Assembly: GCA_001799565.1 (NCBI GenBank)
Contig: MGTS01000020.1
Coordinates: 1,104 to 65,103 of the forward strand
Reading direction: 5' to 3'
DNA from: Elusimicrobia bacterium GWA2_51_34
Lineage (GTDB): Bacteria > Elusimicrobiota > Elusimicrobia > Elusimicrobiales > UBA9959
Length of the DNA: 64,000 nt
Below, one piece after another: positions 7,687 to 15,984 of the stretch. The position numbers and the translations under genes were made by a program. How positions within the stretch are numbered: position 1 is the first letter of the stretch; the number at the start of each line of letters is the position of its first letter. The notes beneath the pieces were generated by a model. It was given only the letters and a program-made list of their open reading frames with translations. It did not search any database and had not been told where the DNA came from.

Positions 7687-10212
7687 ATGAAAATATTATA
7701 TTCCTGGCTTTCTGATTTTATCGCCGCGCCTTTAGCGCCGGAAGAGCTTCAGGCAAAACTTGGCCGCATAGGGCTGAAAACCGAATCCATTTCCAAAACC
7801 GGCGCCGCCTTTGAGGGCGTGACTGTGGGCCGGATTTTGAAAATTGAAAAACATCCGAACGCCGACAAGCTTTCGCTCTGCGACGTGGATTCCGGCTCAG
7901 GCGTAACGCGCGTTGTCTGCGGCGCTAAAAACATAGCCGAGGGGCAGAAAATACTTTTTGCCAGAGTGGGCGCGAAACTCGCCGGCGGTGAGCTTAAAAA
8001 GGCTAAAATACGCGGCGTGGAATCGGAAGGCATGATATGTTCGGCTCCGGAACTGGGGCTTCCGGGTGACGGGTCTGCTTCGCTTAACAACAGCTTCGCA
8101 GGTCCGCGTCCCTTCGAAGCTCCGGTCAAAAACGCCGGAGCGAAGGAGGACGGCTCTGGTATTTTAGTCCTGCCTGAAAATTCTCCTGTAGGCGCCGACG
8201 CCAAAACTCTTTTTGAAAAGCCAGACCTTCTGCTAGAAATAGAGATGCTGCCGAATCTCGCCTACTGCCTTTCCCATTACGCCGTGGCGCGAGAGCTTTG
8301 CGCTTTTTACAACCTGCCTCTTAAAAAACCTGTTATGCCGGAACTTACCCCACCACCTGCTTCGGGACCGAAAGGGCCCGACAAAGTCGGGCAAGCAGGT
8401 GGTGGGGTTAAAACCCCAGCTCCCGCGCCGGTAACCATAGAAGAGCCGGGGCTGTGCGCACGCTACTCGGGCATAGTAATAAAAAATATCCCGCCGGTTC
8501 CAACGCCGCCTCAGATGGCGGCACGCCTTGCCGCCATGGGCTCAAAGGCGAAGGGCAACCTGCTTATAGACGTTTCAAATTATGTGATGTACGAGCTTGG
8601 TCAGCCCGTTCACTGCTTTGACCTGAACAAGCTTTCCGGCCCCGAAGTAAAAGTGCGCCGGGCAAAACCCGGCGAAACCCTTAAAACTATTGACGGTAAA
8701 ACCCTGAAGCTTGACGAAGATATGCTTGTTATAGCCGACCGTGAAAAACCGGCGGCGTTGGCCGGCGTTATGGGGGGGGCGGATAGCGCGGTTTCGGACG
8801 CCACCACGGCCATACTTATAGAATCCGCCTGGTTTGAACCGTCCGCGGTGCGGCGCGCCTCAAAAAAAGCGGGTATTAAAAGCGAGTCCTCGTACCGCTT
8901 TGAGCGCGGTGTTGACCCCGAACTTCAGCTTTGCGCGGCGCTGCGCGTAGCCCAGTTGATACTTGCCGAAGTGCCTGGCGCTAGCCTTGAACAGATTTCA
9001 GATGTGAATCCGGTGAAATATGTGCCGGCTGCGGTTGAGGCCGACCCCGCGCGGATAAACGCCATTCTTGGCACGGAAATACCGGAACAGGATATTTTCG
9101 CCTGCCTTAAAGCGATCTCGCCCTCAATTAAAGATGAAAAGCCCTGGACTTTCTATCCCCCAAGCTACAGGCGCGACATTGAGTCCGCCTGGGACCTGGC
9201 CGAGGAAGTGGCGCGTTACAGCGGATATGACGTTATTCCCGTGCGCTCCAGTATGAAAATGATGAGCGCCTCCGTCACGCCCGCTTTTGAAGCTGCGGGG
9301 GAACTGCGCGCGCGTTTGTCCGCGCTGGGATTCTCTGAAGTATATAATTACGATTTCATTTCTCTTAAAGAATTGCAAAATTGCCTTTTAAACGAGGCGG
9401 CGGCGATTTCGCTTAAAAACCCTCTCTCTTCCGATTTCCAGTTCCTGCGGCCGTCGCTGGTGACGGGGCTTTTAAAAGCCCTTGATTACAATATCAACCG
9501 CGGCCGAAATTCCGCCGCCATTTTTGAGACCGGCACGGTTTATTCAAAGTCTGGTGCGCAGGGTAAGGAAGAGATATGCTGCTCCGGCCTTATGTTCGGC
9601 TCTTTTCCAGCGGAGCTGTTCTGGAAAGGCGGCGCTGACAGCGCTGATTTGTACCATCTTAAAGGCGTTATGGATTACGCATTTTCCGGTAAAAGCGGGT
9701 TCCGCTTTGAAAAACCGAAGTCAGCCCCCGCCTATTTCCAGCCGGGCGCCGTTCTTGAAATGAAACTTGGCGCGGGAACGGCGGGCTTTCTTGGCCTTCT
9801 AAACTCCACGGCTGTTGTAAACAGCGGCCTTAAGGACGTGAAAATTTATTATTTTGAAATACTGCTCTCCGCGCTCGCCCGGTCCCGGAAGGCCGACTTC
9901 TGGCAGAGAGTCTCCCAGGTGAAACCGGTGTCAGCCTACCCCGCCATCTGGCGTGATTTGTCGGTGGTTCTTGAAGACAAATACGAGTGGGCGGAACTTG
10001 AACGTGAGGTGGTAAAAACGCAGGATCTGGCCCGCGTGGAACTTATTGACGTTTATAAGGGCAAAAATATAGACGGGAACCTGCGCAGCGTCACCATCCG
10101 GTTCACTTTCTCTTCCATGGAAAAAACGCTTACCGACTCCGAAATAAACGGCCATATGGCCGCCATCCTTGAAAAGTTGTCCAAGAAATTTTCCGCCAAA
10201 CTCCGAAGTTAA
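7687..10212 (+). CDS. pheT: Phenylalanine--tRNA ligase beta subunit carrying two in-frame repeat insertions
   Basis: An 841-aa ORF after pheS. It has the N-terminal tRNA-binding domain 'KIEKHPNADKLSLCDVD..RGVESEGMICSAPELGL' and a C-terminal anticodon-binding-like end. Confidence 0.92.
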   Translation: MKILYSWLSDFIAAPLAPEELQAKLGRIGLKTESISKTGAAFEGVTVGRILKIEKHPNADKLSLCDVDSGSGVTRVVCGAKNIAEGQKILFARVGAKLAGGELKKAKIRGVESEGMICSAPELGLPGDGSASLNNSFAGPRPFEAPVKNAGAKEDGSGILVLPENSPVGADAKTLFEKPDLLLEIEMLPNLAYCLSHYAVARELCAFYNLPLKKPVMPELTPPPASGPKGPDKVGQAGGGVKTPAPAPVTIEEPGLCARYSGIVIKNIPPVPTPPQMAARLAAMGSKAKGNLLIDVSNYVMYELGQPVHCFDLNKLSGPEVKVRRAKPGETLKTIDGKTLKLDEDMLVIADREKPAALAGVMGGADSAVSDATTAILIESAWFEPSAVRRASKKAGIKSESSYRFERGVDPELQLCAALRVAQLILAEVPGASLEQISDVNPVKYVPAAVEADPARINAILGTEIPEQDIFACLKAISPSIKDEKPWTFYPPSYRRDIESAWDLAEEVARYSGYDVIPVRSSMKMMSASVTPAFEAAGELRARLSALGFSEVYNYDFISLKELQNCLLNEAAAISLKNPLSSDFQFLRPSLVTGLLKALDYNINRGRNSAAIFETGTVYSKSGAQGKEEICCSGLMFGSFPAELFWKGGADSADLYHLKGVMDYAFSGKSGFRFEKPKSAPAYFQPGAVLEMKLGAGTAGFLGLLNSTAVVNSGLKDVKIYYFEILLSALARSRKADFWQRVSQVKPVSAYPAIWRDLSVVLEDKYEWAELEREVVKTQDLARVELIDVYKGKNIDGNLRSVTIRFTFSSMEKTLTDSEINGHMAAILEKLSKKFSAKLRS
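8075..8153 (+). repeat. In-frame GC-rich palindromic element, family 1, inside pheT
   Basis: Positions 8075-8120 match recN 42410-42455 at 45 of 46 nt. The tail CGAAGGAGGACGG is also shared. The internal hairpin is CCTTCGAAGCTCCGG-TCAAAAACG-CCGGAGCGAAGG. It translates to 'ASLNNSFAGPRPFEAPVKNAGAKEDG' within the otherwise conserved 'SEGMICSAPELGL..GILVLP' region. Confidence 0.9.
8348..8407 (+). repeat. In-frame palindromic element, family 2 (60 nt), inside pheT
   Basis: CCCCACCACCTGCTT...AAGCAGGTGGTGGGG forms 15-bp terminal inverted repeats with the inner hairpin CCCGAC-AAA-GTCGGG. It translates to 'PPPASGPKGPDKVGQAGGGV'. Confidence 0.9.
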
Positions 10213-10266
10213 TCGGAAGATAATACCTGATAGGGAGCCGGCAAATTTCCCACGCGCTCCGGGACC

Positions 10267-10373
10267 GGGATGGGGAGCGGGCCAGTCATGGGATTGCCCT
10301 TGCGCCGCGTAGGAAACCGTCCGCCTAAGGCGGACGCCCGCTGAAGTAGCGGGCGGTTTCCCTCCTCCCATCC
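10267..10373. repeat. GC-rich nested-hairpin element downstream of pheT
   Basis: The outer pairing is GGATGGG/CCCATCC and the closing pairing is GGAAAC/GTTTCC. These enclose two hairpins: TCCGCC-TAA-GGCGGA (10320-10334) and CGCCCGC-TGAAGTA-GCGGGCG (10335-10355). Confidence 0.75.
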
Positions 10374-10653
10374 GCTATGCGGCTACAGAGCAAACCCATG
10401 CCCGGCCCTTAAAGGAAGTTTTTAGTATCTGAAAGGATTTGCTAAAGGTGCGCGCAGAAAATCCGCCGGCTCCCTTTTTAAACAACATTTCCCCGCCCTT
10501 AATATAGATACATTTAGAATTGATTACTAAAACGAACACCATAAGTGTCCGAGCACTTTTTGCGAATGCGTTAAGGTAGGTGGGATCCGCTGAGCCTATT
10601 ACTGGGGCTGGTCAGTGACGCTAATTTTGGGCAGGTTCGAGGCGAGGATTGTT

Positions 10654-11370
10654 TTAATCTAATAACCGGGTCGCTATACAAATAAGATTCGCACAGTTAA
10701 AAATGATATGAGATGCCGCATTTATACTTATCCGGCCATATCGTTCGAACATTAAACACATTGTGAATCCATACAGAATTGAGAAGAATACTGCGTCCGG
10801 ATGGATAAGCCCGAATAATATTGAGTTAATCCCCAGGCATATCCATAAACCGTACCTCAGCCGCAAAGTTACATAGAGCAATCTTCTGTAGAAAAGCTCT
10901 TCTGCTATCGGACCAATCAGCCCAAAGCCAATAATAGCCAGCGCAAATCTGTCATAATGCAACTGTCCGCCTGGATTTGAAAAAAGGCCGCCCAGAATTG
11001 TTGAATTATGCGAGAAAACCCGCCCATGTACGTTATAATGTTCCATCAGCAACATGAGCAAAAACATTGATGCTGCAAAGAGCAGTGCAACAAGAAGATC
11101 CTGGCCGGCATGTTGATAATATATCTGGAGTCTTTCTTCTAAATTCACACCTTGTTTTGACAAGAAGAAAAGAGAACCTAATAGCATTATGGAGCCGGTG
11201 ATAATTGTGTAATAAAACGGGAGGGAGCTGTCGGCAGGACCTGTTTTTTTTAGAAGATAAATGAACGCTCCGGCTATTACTTGAAAATAAATAAAAAGTT
11301 TTATCCAAAAACCAAGTGAAAGGCTTTTTTTAAACAGTATGTTCGGGTTCGCAGAAAAAAATGAGGCCAT
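10654..11370 (-). CDS. CPBP-family intramembrane glutamic endopeptidase (CAAX protease / Abi-like)
   Basis: A polytopic ORF with CPBP motifs 'IAEELFYRRLL', 'SILFGLIHP' and 'HIIFN'. The gene and both of its flanks are visibly AT-richer than their surroundings. Confidence 0.75.
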   Translation of the reverse strand: MASFFSANPNILFKKSLSLGFWIKLFIYFQVIAGAFIYLLKKTGPADSSLPFYYTIITGSIMLLGSLFFLSKQGVNLEERLQIYYQHAGQDLLVALLFAASMFLLMLLMEHYNVHGRVFSHNSTILGGLFSNPGGQLHYDRFALAIIGFGLIGPIAEELFYRRLLYVTLRLRYGLWICLGINSILFGLIHPDAVFFSILYGFTMCLMFERYGRISINAASHIIFNCANLICIATRLLD

Positions 11371-11741
11371 CTTCCCTCCAAGTCTTAATACTATATCATT
11401 GACCTTTTTGAAAACTTAGTCTTCAATCTCTTGGGCATTCTCCCAGCTGGCGCTACCTGATTATCTTTTTCATCCTTTGGTTAAAAGGAGTTGCAATTAG
11501 GTTCTATACTTAAAAAGTATATGCCAACCCTATTTTATCAATTACAGCTTATGGTCACTAATGCGCATTCAAATGCAATATTAAAATAAAGAGTCTGACG
11601 CCTTTCTCTATATTTCTCCGCTAGGTGGGTTATTAGGAAGTATCGTGAAAAGGGTGGGGGCAACAACCTAATAATTAACAAAGCGTTAAGAACCCGGACA
11701 AGACCCGACTGCGCACCGAGGCGCTTATTACCGCTGTTGTT

Positions 11742-12845
11742 TCAGCTTTTTTTGGCGGCGCGGAAGGTTTTCAGGGCTGTTTCAACTTTTTCCAGGAGTT
11801 CTTTTGAGTAAAGCTTGCCTACCAGGGACTGCCGGGCTTCAACCCCGGCGCATTCAAGCTCATCCATCCCCGCCGGCTCCGTAAATATCAGTTTTTTGCT
11901 TTTAAGTATCTTTACCGATTCTTCGTTATCCTTGCGGCTCTGCGCGGTAAGCGCCTTGAAATATTTTCCGCCCAGTTCCAGCATTGTTGTCTGGTCCGTT
12001 TTTGAAAGGGCGGTAAAAGCTTTTTTTGAAATTACCACGGCGCCTGCGGCGTTGGCAATGGGGGCGGCAAAAACATATTTCATGCGGGAGAACCACTGCA
12101 GGGCTATTACGGAAAGTGGGGAGCCGTAAACGCCGTTTATCATGCCGGTCTGCAATGAGGTCATAACATCCGTGATTGAAAGCGGTATGGGTTTTATTTT
12201 AAGCGCCGAGAAGGTGGCCTCCGCTATGGGGTCGCCTTCCCATATCCACATCTTAACCGCCTTCAGGTCGTCCAGTTTTGTTACCGGCGAGTTGGAAAAA
12301 ATATTCACACTGCCCACTTCCGCCCAGCCCAGCAGGATATAGCCGCGGGCCTCAAAGATCTTGCGGAAATCGCCGTCAAAAATTTTGTAAATATGGTCTA
12401 TTTCTTTCGCGTTCTTGAAAAGAAAAGGAGTGTCAAGGATGCGCGCTTCAGGGGCGATTTCGCCTATGCCCACTCCGGTAAAACCGGCGGCTTGCAGCTG
12501 GCCGAGGCGTATCTTCCTGACCACGTCTTTTTCGTCTCCGGATACGCCCCCGGGGTAAATTTTGAATTTCACGCGCCCCGCTGTTTTTGCCGTGGTTTCT
12601 TCGGTGAACTGCTTCATGGCTTTCATCCAGGTGGAACCGTCCGGCGCCAGCGTGGCGAATTTAACAACAGTCTGAGCGTGACAGAAAGGGGTTAGCGAAA
12701 TAGCGAATAGCGAAGTGGCAAGCAAGATGTCGGCGAAACGGTGGGCTGTCCAAAAACCTGGGTTTTTAATCTCAGCTTTTTTCCCAGAGCAGTCCCTAAT
12801 CGCTATTTTGCTATTCGCTATTCGCTTTCGTTTAAAAAAGATCAT
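11742..12845 (-). CDS. TRAP-type transporter periplasmic solute-binding protein (DctP family); start codon uncertain
   Basis: 'VVKFATLAPDGSTWMKAMKQFTEE..GRVKFKIYPGGVSGDEKDVVRKIRLGQLQAAGFTG' is DctP-like. The signal-peptide-like 'ILLATSLFAISLTPFCHA' is encoded by the CGAATAG repeat. The N-terminal roughly 45 codons of the track ORF run through repeat 12691-12828. Confidence 0.8.
   Translation of the reverse strand: MIFFKRKRIANSKIAIRDCSGKKAEIKNPGFWTAHRFADILLATSLFAISLTPFCHAQTVVKFATLAPDGSTWMKAMKQFTEETTAKTAGRVKFKIYPGGVSGDEKDVVRKIRLGQLQAAGFTGVGIGEIAPEARILDTPFLFKNAKEIDHIYKIFDGDFRKIFEARGYILLGWAEVGSVNIFSNSPVTKLDDLKAVKMWIWEGDPIAEATFSALKIKPIPLSITDVMTSLQTGMINGVYGSPLSVIALQWFSRMKYVFAAPIANAAGAVVISKKAFTALSKTDQTTMLELGGKYFKALTAQSRKDNEESVKILKSKKLIFTEPAGMDELECAGVEARQSLVGKLYSKELLEKVETALKTFRAAKKS
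12691..12828. repeat. CGAATAG-type periodic-arm inverted repeat lying inside the 5' end of the DctP-family ORF
   Basis: The left arm is GTTAGCGAAATAGCGAATAGCGAAG and the right arm is CTAATCGCTATTTTGCTATTCGCTATTCGCTTTC. The roughly 80-nt loop contains the mini-hairpin AAAAACCTGGGTTTTT. Confidence 0.85.
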
Positions 12846-13737
12846 CTTTTTTCTCCAGTAATTTTTTCGCTTTTATCTTTGCCACCTCGTCCGGCAGGCG
12901 GGTATTGCCGTCTTTCGGTTCCGCCGCCAGCACGTAATTCAACAGCGTGTCAAAAAGCTCCGCGTCCTGCGCCGCCACGGCGGCCATCTTCGCGTACATG
13001 AAGCGGTTCAATAAAAAATCCCCGCCTTCGCCTTTTAGCGCCAGTTCAAAGCGGGCCTTGGCCTTGTCTGGGTCCCCGCCCAGTATGCGCGGGCGTATGG
13101 AATAGTAAGCGCCCAGAATGCTTTGCGCCCCGTTGTAGTAGTAGCCGGGCTGAAGCGTCAGTATTTTTTCGGCCGCGGGTTCAATGCCGGGGAGTTCCGC
13201 CACGGCTTCGGGCTTATCCCTGTTGATATTTATGTAGGACGCCTTGCAGAAGGTCTGCCAGAAGAGCGGGGGGACATCCTTTTTTTTCGCGTTTTGGGTG
13301 GTAATCCCCTTCAGCGCGCGCGAAGCGTAAGTCTCGCCTTTAAGGTAGAAGATTGAGGCGCGCTCCGGGTTGTAGTCCTCCAGGAACATCAGGGCGTAGC
13401 CGCAGAAACCCTGCGCGGCGTTTATCAGCAGCTTGCGGTTGGCCGGGTCGTTTTGCAGCAGTATTTCCATCAACTGTAAATTGCCCGGCAGAGCCTCTTT
13501 AACATACTGCGTGTCGCTTTGGGCAAATACCGCCGGAAGGCCGCCGTCTATTATACCCGCCGTCTGGCGCACGGCCAGGCGGTTTAATGAGCACGCTGAA
13601 ATCAATGGAACGACAGCGAATAGCGAATAGCGAATAGCGAATAGCGAAGCGGCGAAGCAGCGAAGCAGCGGATGAATTCCGCTTCTGATTTTTAACCACT
13701 GACCACTGACCACTGACCACTGATTTATATTTTTCAC
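12832..13737 (-). CDS. Helical-repeat lipoprotein, probably a TatT-like (TPR-protein-associated TRAP, TPAT) accessory component
   Basis: It has the lipobox 'VVPLISAC' and is a helical 301-aa protein immediately upstream of the DctP-family gene, as in the Treponema tatT-tatP arrangement. The family assignment comes from context and memory, not from a search. The GTG start at 13737 is uncertain. Confidence 0.5.
   Translation of the reverse strand: MKNINQWSVVSGQWLKIRSGIHPLLRCFAASLFAIRYSLFAVVPLISACSLNRLAVRQTAGIIDGGLPAVFAQSDTQYVKEALPGNLQLMEILLQNDPANRKLLINAAQGFCGYALMFLEDYNPERASIFYLKGETYASRALKGITTQNAKKKDVPPLFWQTFCKASYININRDKPEAVAELPGIEPAAEKILTLQPGYYYNGAQSILGAYYSIRPRILGGDPDKAKARFELALKGEGGDFLLNRFMYAKMAAVAAQDAELFDTLLNYVLAAEPKDGNTRLPDEVAKIKAKKLLEKKDDLF
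13615..13723. repeat. Composite array (AGCGAAT)x4 + GCGAAGC units, a GAATTCC/TCTGATTTTTA core, then (CCACTGA)x4
   Basis: Two different perfect heptamer arrays flank the core, and they are not complementary to each other. The array lies in the 5' end of the TatT-like ORF. Confidence 0.9.
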
Positions 13738-15293
13738 TTTCGCTCCTCATTCACTATTGTTTTAAATTCTGACACAAGCCCGGCATGTTTTTTTAAAAAA
13801 TATTCGGCCGGGGTATTAAAACGCCAGGTCCAGTTGTGCAGGCCGAGTGTGCTTGGGGTGTTAACGCGGTCTTTAATGCCCATTATATCCTGCATGGGCA
13901 GTATAACAATGGCAGAGGCGGCTTTCAGTATTTTCTTAAGTATCTGCCGCCGCGCAACGTGGAAAGCGGGCGGCTTTGAGGTCTCTCCGGAGACCATATT
14001 CCAGAAGAGTTTTTTTTCAACATAGTCAACGGTTTCCCACCAGTCGGCCAGGGGTTCGTTGTCGTGGGTGGAGGTGGTGGCAAGCGACACGCGCGGATAG
14101 TTTTCGGGTTGCCTGTAGTTGCCGTCTTTTTCTTTTTCCCAGCGCATTACCTTGTAGCCGGGAACGCCAAGCTCGGAAAGAGACTGGTATACGAACTGCG
14201 GGATAAGACCCAGGTCTTCGGCCACCGGCAGCATGGGCGAGGCGGAAATAACGGCCTTAAGGAAACGTACGCCTCTTTCACGCTGCGCGTTTTCATCTTT
14301 AACGTCAAAATCCGCTTTAAGGGCAATGTTATGGGGTATCACCCAGGTCCTGAAAAAGCCCACCATGTGATCAATCCTGAAAAGATCGTAGAAGTCCGAG
14401 GCTTTTTTTACTTTGGAGCGCCACCAGTCAAAATTATTTTTTTCTATTTCCGGCCAGTTATAAGCCGGCAGGCCCCATTGCTGCCCCGTCTCGCTGAAAG
14501 CGTCCGGCGGGGCGCCCACTTCTTTTGAGATATCAAATTCCGCCTGTCTTGCCCACACATCCGAGCTTTCCTGGTTTACCATGAAAGGCAGATCTCCCAG
14601 TATTTTTATGCCAAGAGCGGCCGCTTTAAGCCTTGCTTTTTTCCACTGACGGTGTACGACCCACTGCAGGTATTTGAAATAAAGGATCTGGTTTTCTTCC
14701 CGTGATTCCAGTTCTTTTAGCGCCGCGCCGTCGTGGTTTTTAAGCGGAGCTTCCCAGTGCGTCCAGGAGGACCAGTCGCGCGTGTCTTTCAGGCGCCTGA
14801 AAAGGGCGTAATCGTCAAGCCAGGCCGAGTTCTCTTGCATGAAGGTGAAAAATTCTTTGGCCGCCGGCGTGTTTTTTAAAATATGGCGCTCGTGGAAACT
14901 GGTGTAAATCTTCCAGAGAAAAGAGAATTTTAGAAGGCGGACTTCTTCGTAGAGCGCGTATTTTGAACGCCGCAGGCGCCGGATTCCCTCCTGAAAACCA
15001 TGGGAGCGCATTTCACCTGTCAGGTCCGGGAAGTCCGCCAACTCCTCAATTTCGGGTATGGCGATATAAATGGGGTCTATGGCAAAAGCGCTTAATGCCG
15101 TGTACGGGCACGATACGCCGGGCGGCATTTCATTTATAGGCAGCACTTGCAGCAGGTTTATGCCCATTCCGTCTAAAGCGTCAAACCACAGGGACATGGC
15201 TGAAATATCGCCCATGCCCCAGTCGGTTTTTGAGCGCATGGAAAACAGGGGAAATAAAACCCCGGTGTGTTTCTTTTCTAAAAGTGAATGCAT
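13734..15293 (-). CDS. malQ: 4-alpha-glucanotransferase (amylomaltase, GH77)
   Basis: It contains 'GVLFPLFSMRSKTDWGMGD', 'FRIDHMVGFFRTW' and 'LPVAEDLGLIP', which are GH77 signatures. The ORF is 519 aa. Confidence 0.9.
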   Translation of the reverse strand: MHSLLEKKHTGVLFPLFSMRSKTDWGMGDISAMSLWFDALDGMGINLLQVLPINEMPPGVSCPYTALSAFAIDPIYIAIPEIEELADFPDLTGEMRSHGFQEGIRRLRRSKYALYEEVRLLKFSFLWKIYTSFHERHILKNTPAAKEFFTFMQENSAWLDDYALFRRLKDTRDWSSWTHWEAPLKNHDGAALKELESREENQILYFKYLQWVVHRQWKKARLKAAALGIKILGDLPFMVNQESSDVWARQAEFDISKEVGAPPDAFSETGQQWGLPAYNWPEIEKNNFDWWRSKVKKASDFYDLFRIDHMVGFFRTWVIPHNIALKADFDVKDENAQRERGVRFLKAVISASPMLPVAEDLGLIPQFVYQSLSELGVPGYKVMRWEKEKDGNYRQPENYPRVSLATTSTHDNEPLADWWETVDYVEKKLFWNMVSGETSKPPAFHVARRQILKKILKAASAIVILPMQDIMGIKDRVNTPSTLGLHNWTWRFNTPAEYFLKKHAGLVSEFKTIVNEERK

Positions 15294-15300
15294 AGAGGAT

Positions 15301-15398
15301 GGCGAATAGAGAATAGCGAGTAGCGAATAAAAACAGAAAAGCTATAAAGATTCTTTTTCCATCCCTATTTCGCTATTCGCTAACCCCTATTCGCTAAT
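15301..15398. repeat. CGAATAG-type periodic-arm inverted repeat (ridA-malQ spacer)
   Basis: GGCGAATAGAGAATAGCGAGTAGCGAATA ... CCCTATTTCGCTATTCGCTAACCCCTATTCGCTAAT. Confidence 0.85.
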
Positions 15399-15401
15399 GA
15401 C

Positions 15402-15782
15402 TTACCGTGCCGCTATCGCTTCTATTTCCACTAAAGCGCCTTTGGGCAGGGCTCTTACTTCCACCGCGGCCCGTGCCGGTGGAAGTTTGGCGAAAAACCG
15501 GGCGTAAACCTCATTCATTTGAGCGAATTTGGTCAGGTCGGTCATGAAAACCGTGGTTTTTACCACCGCCTCAAGCGTGAGCCCCGCTGCTTTGAGTATG
15601 GCTTGTATGTTTTTTATGGAGGCTTCCGTCTGCTTGGCCGTGTCAGCCTCCGTAAAAGTGCCGGTTTTAAGGTCTGTCGGCAGCTGACCGGAAACAAAAA
15701 CAAAGCCGTTGGCTTCCACTGCCTGGGAATAGGGGCCGATAACGGCGGGCGCGGTGTCGGTTAAGATTGTTTTTTTAGGCAT
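15402..15782 (-). CDS. ridA: RidA / YjgF family reactive-intermediate deaminase
   Basis: 'APAVIGPYSQAVEANGFVFVSGQLP' and the C-terminal 'PARAAVEVRALPKGALVEIEAIA' are typical of RidA. Confidence 0.9.
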   Translation of the reverse strand: MPKKTILTDTAPAVIGPYSQAVEANGFVFVSGQLPTDLKTGTFTEADTAKQTEASIKNIQAILKAAGLTLEAVVKTTVFMTDLTKFAQMNEVYARFFAKLPPARAAVEVRALPKGALVEIEAIAAR

Positions 15783-15984
15783 TTTTTAAATCCTTTTTGA
15801 CCGAGTCGGCGAAGTGTTTAAAAGAGCGGTCATAAGTTCTTTCCGCTTCCGGACTGAACAAACAGCCGGGTAGTTCCCCGTTCGCCCTGTGATAGGTCAC
15901 ACATTCGCAGCAAACGCCTTTTCTGGGGCAGGGGTCATAAGTGCAGGCGCAGGTTTTTAAGTTGATTTCTTTTTTGCATTCCAT
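15775..15984 (-). CDS. Small Cys-rich protein (resembles the DUF6485 family from memory)
   Basis: 'MECKKEINLKTCACTYDPCPRKGVCCECVTYHRANGELPGCLF'. The ATG at 15984 was chosen over the longer track ORF. It overlaps the ridA start by 8 nt. Confidence 0.5.
   Translation of the reverse strand: MECKKEINLKTCACTYDPCPRKGVCCECVTYHRANGELPGCLFSPEAERTYDRSFKHFADSVKKDLKNA

Noticed and set aside
8068-8157. GACGG(G/C)TCTG direct repeats flanking the pheT insertion, considered as a target-site duplication
   Set aside because: The two copies are 80 nt apart, which is not a multiple of 3, and they differ at one base. The recN copy shows no equivalent duplication. It could be chance.
10625-10645. GGTTCGAGG resembling a tRNA T-arm
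   Set aside because: No acceptor stem, D-arm or anticodon arm can be drawn around it. I found no other T-loop consensus (GGTTCGAATCC-like) in noncoding DNA.
869-13723. Heptamer or octamer arrays considered as CRISPR arrays
   Set aside because: The units are 7-8 nt and directly abutting, with no spacers. There are no cas genes. The architecture is tandem repeat or hairpin, not repeat-spacer.
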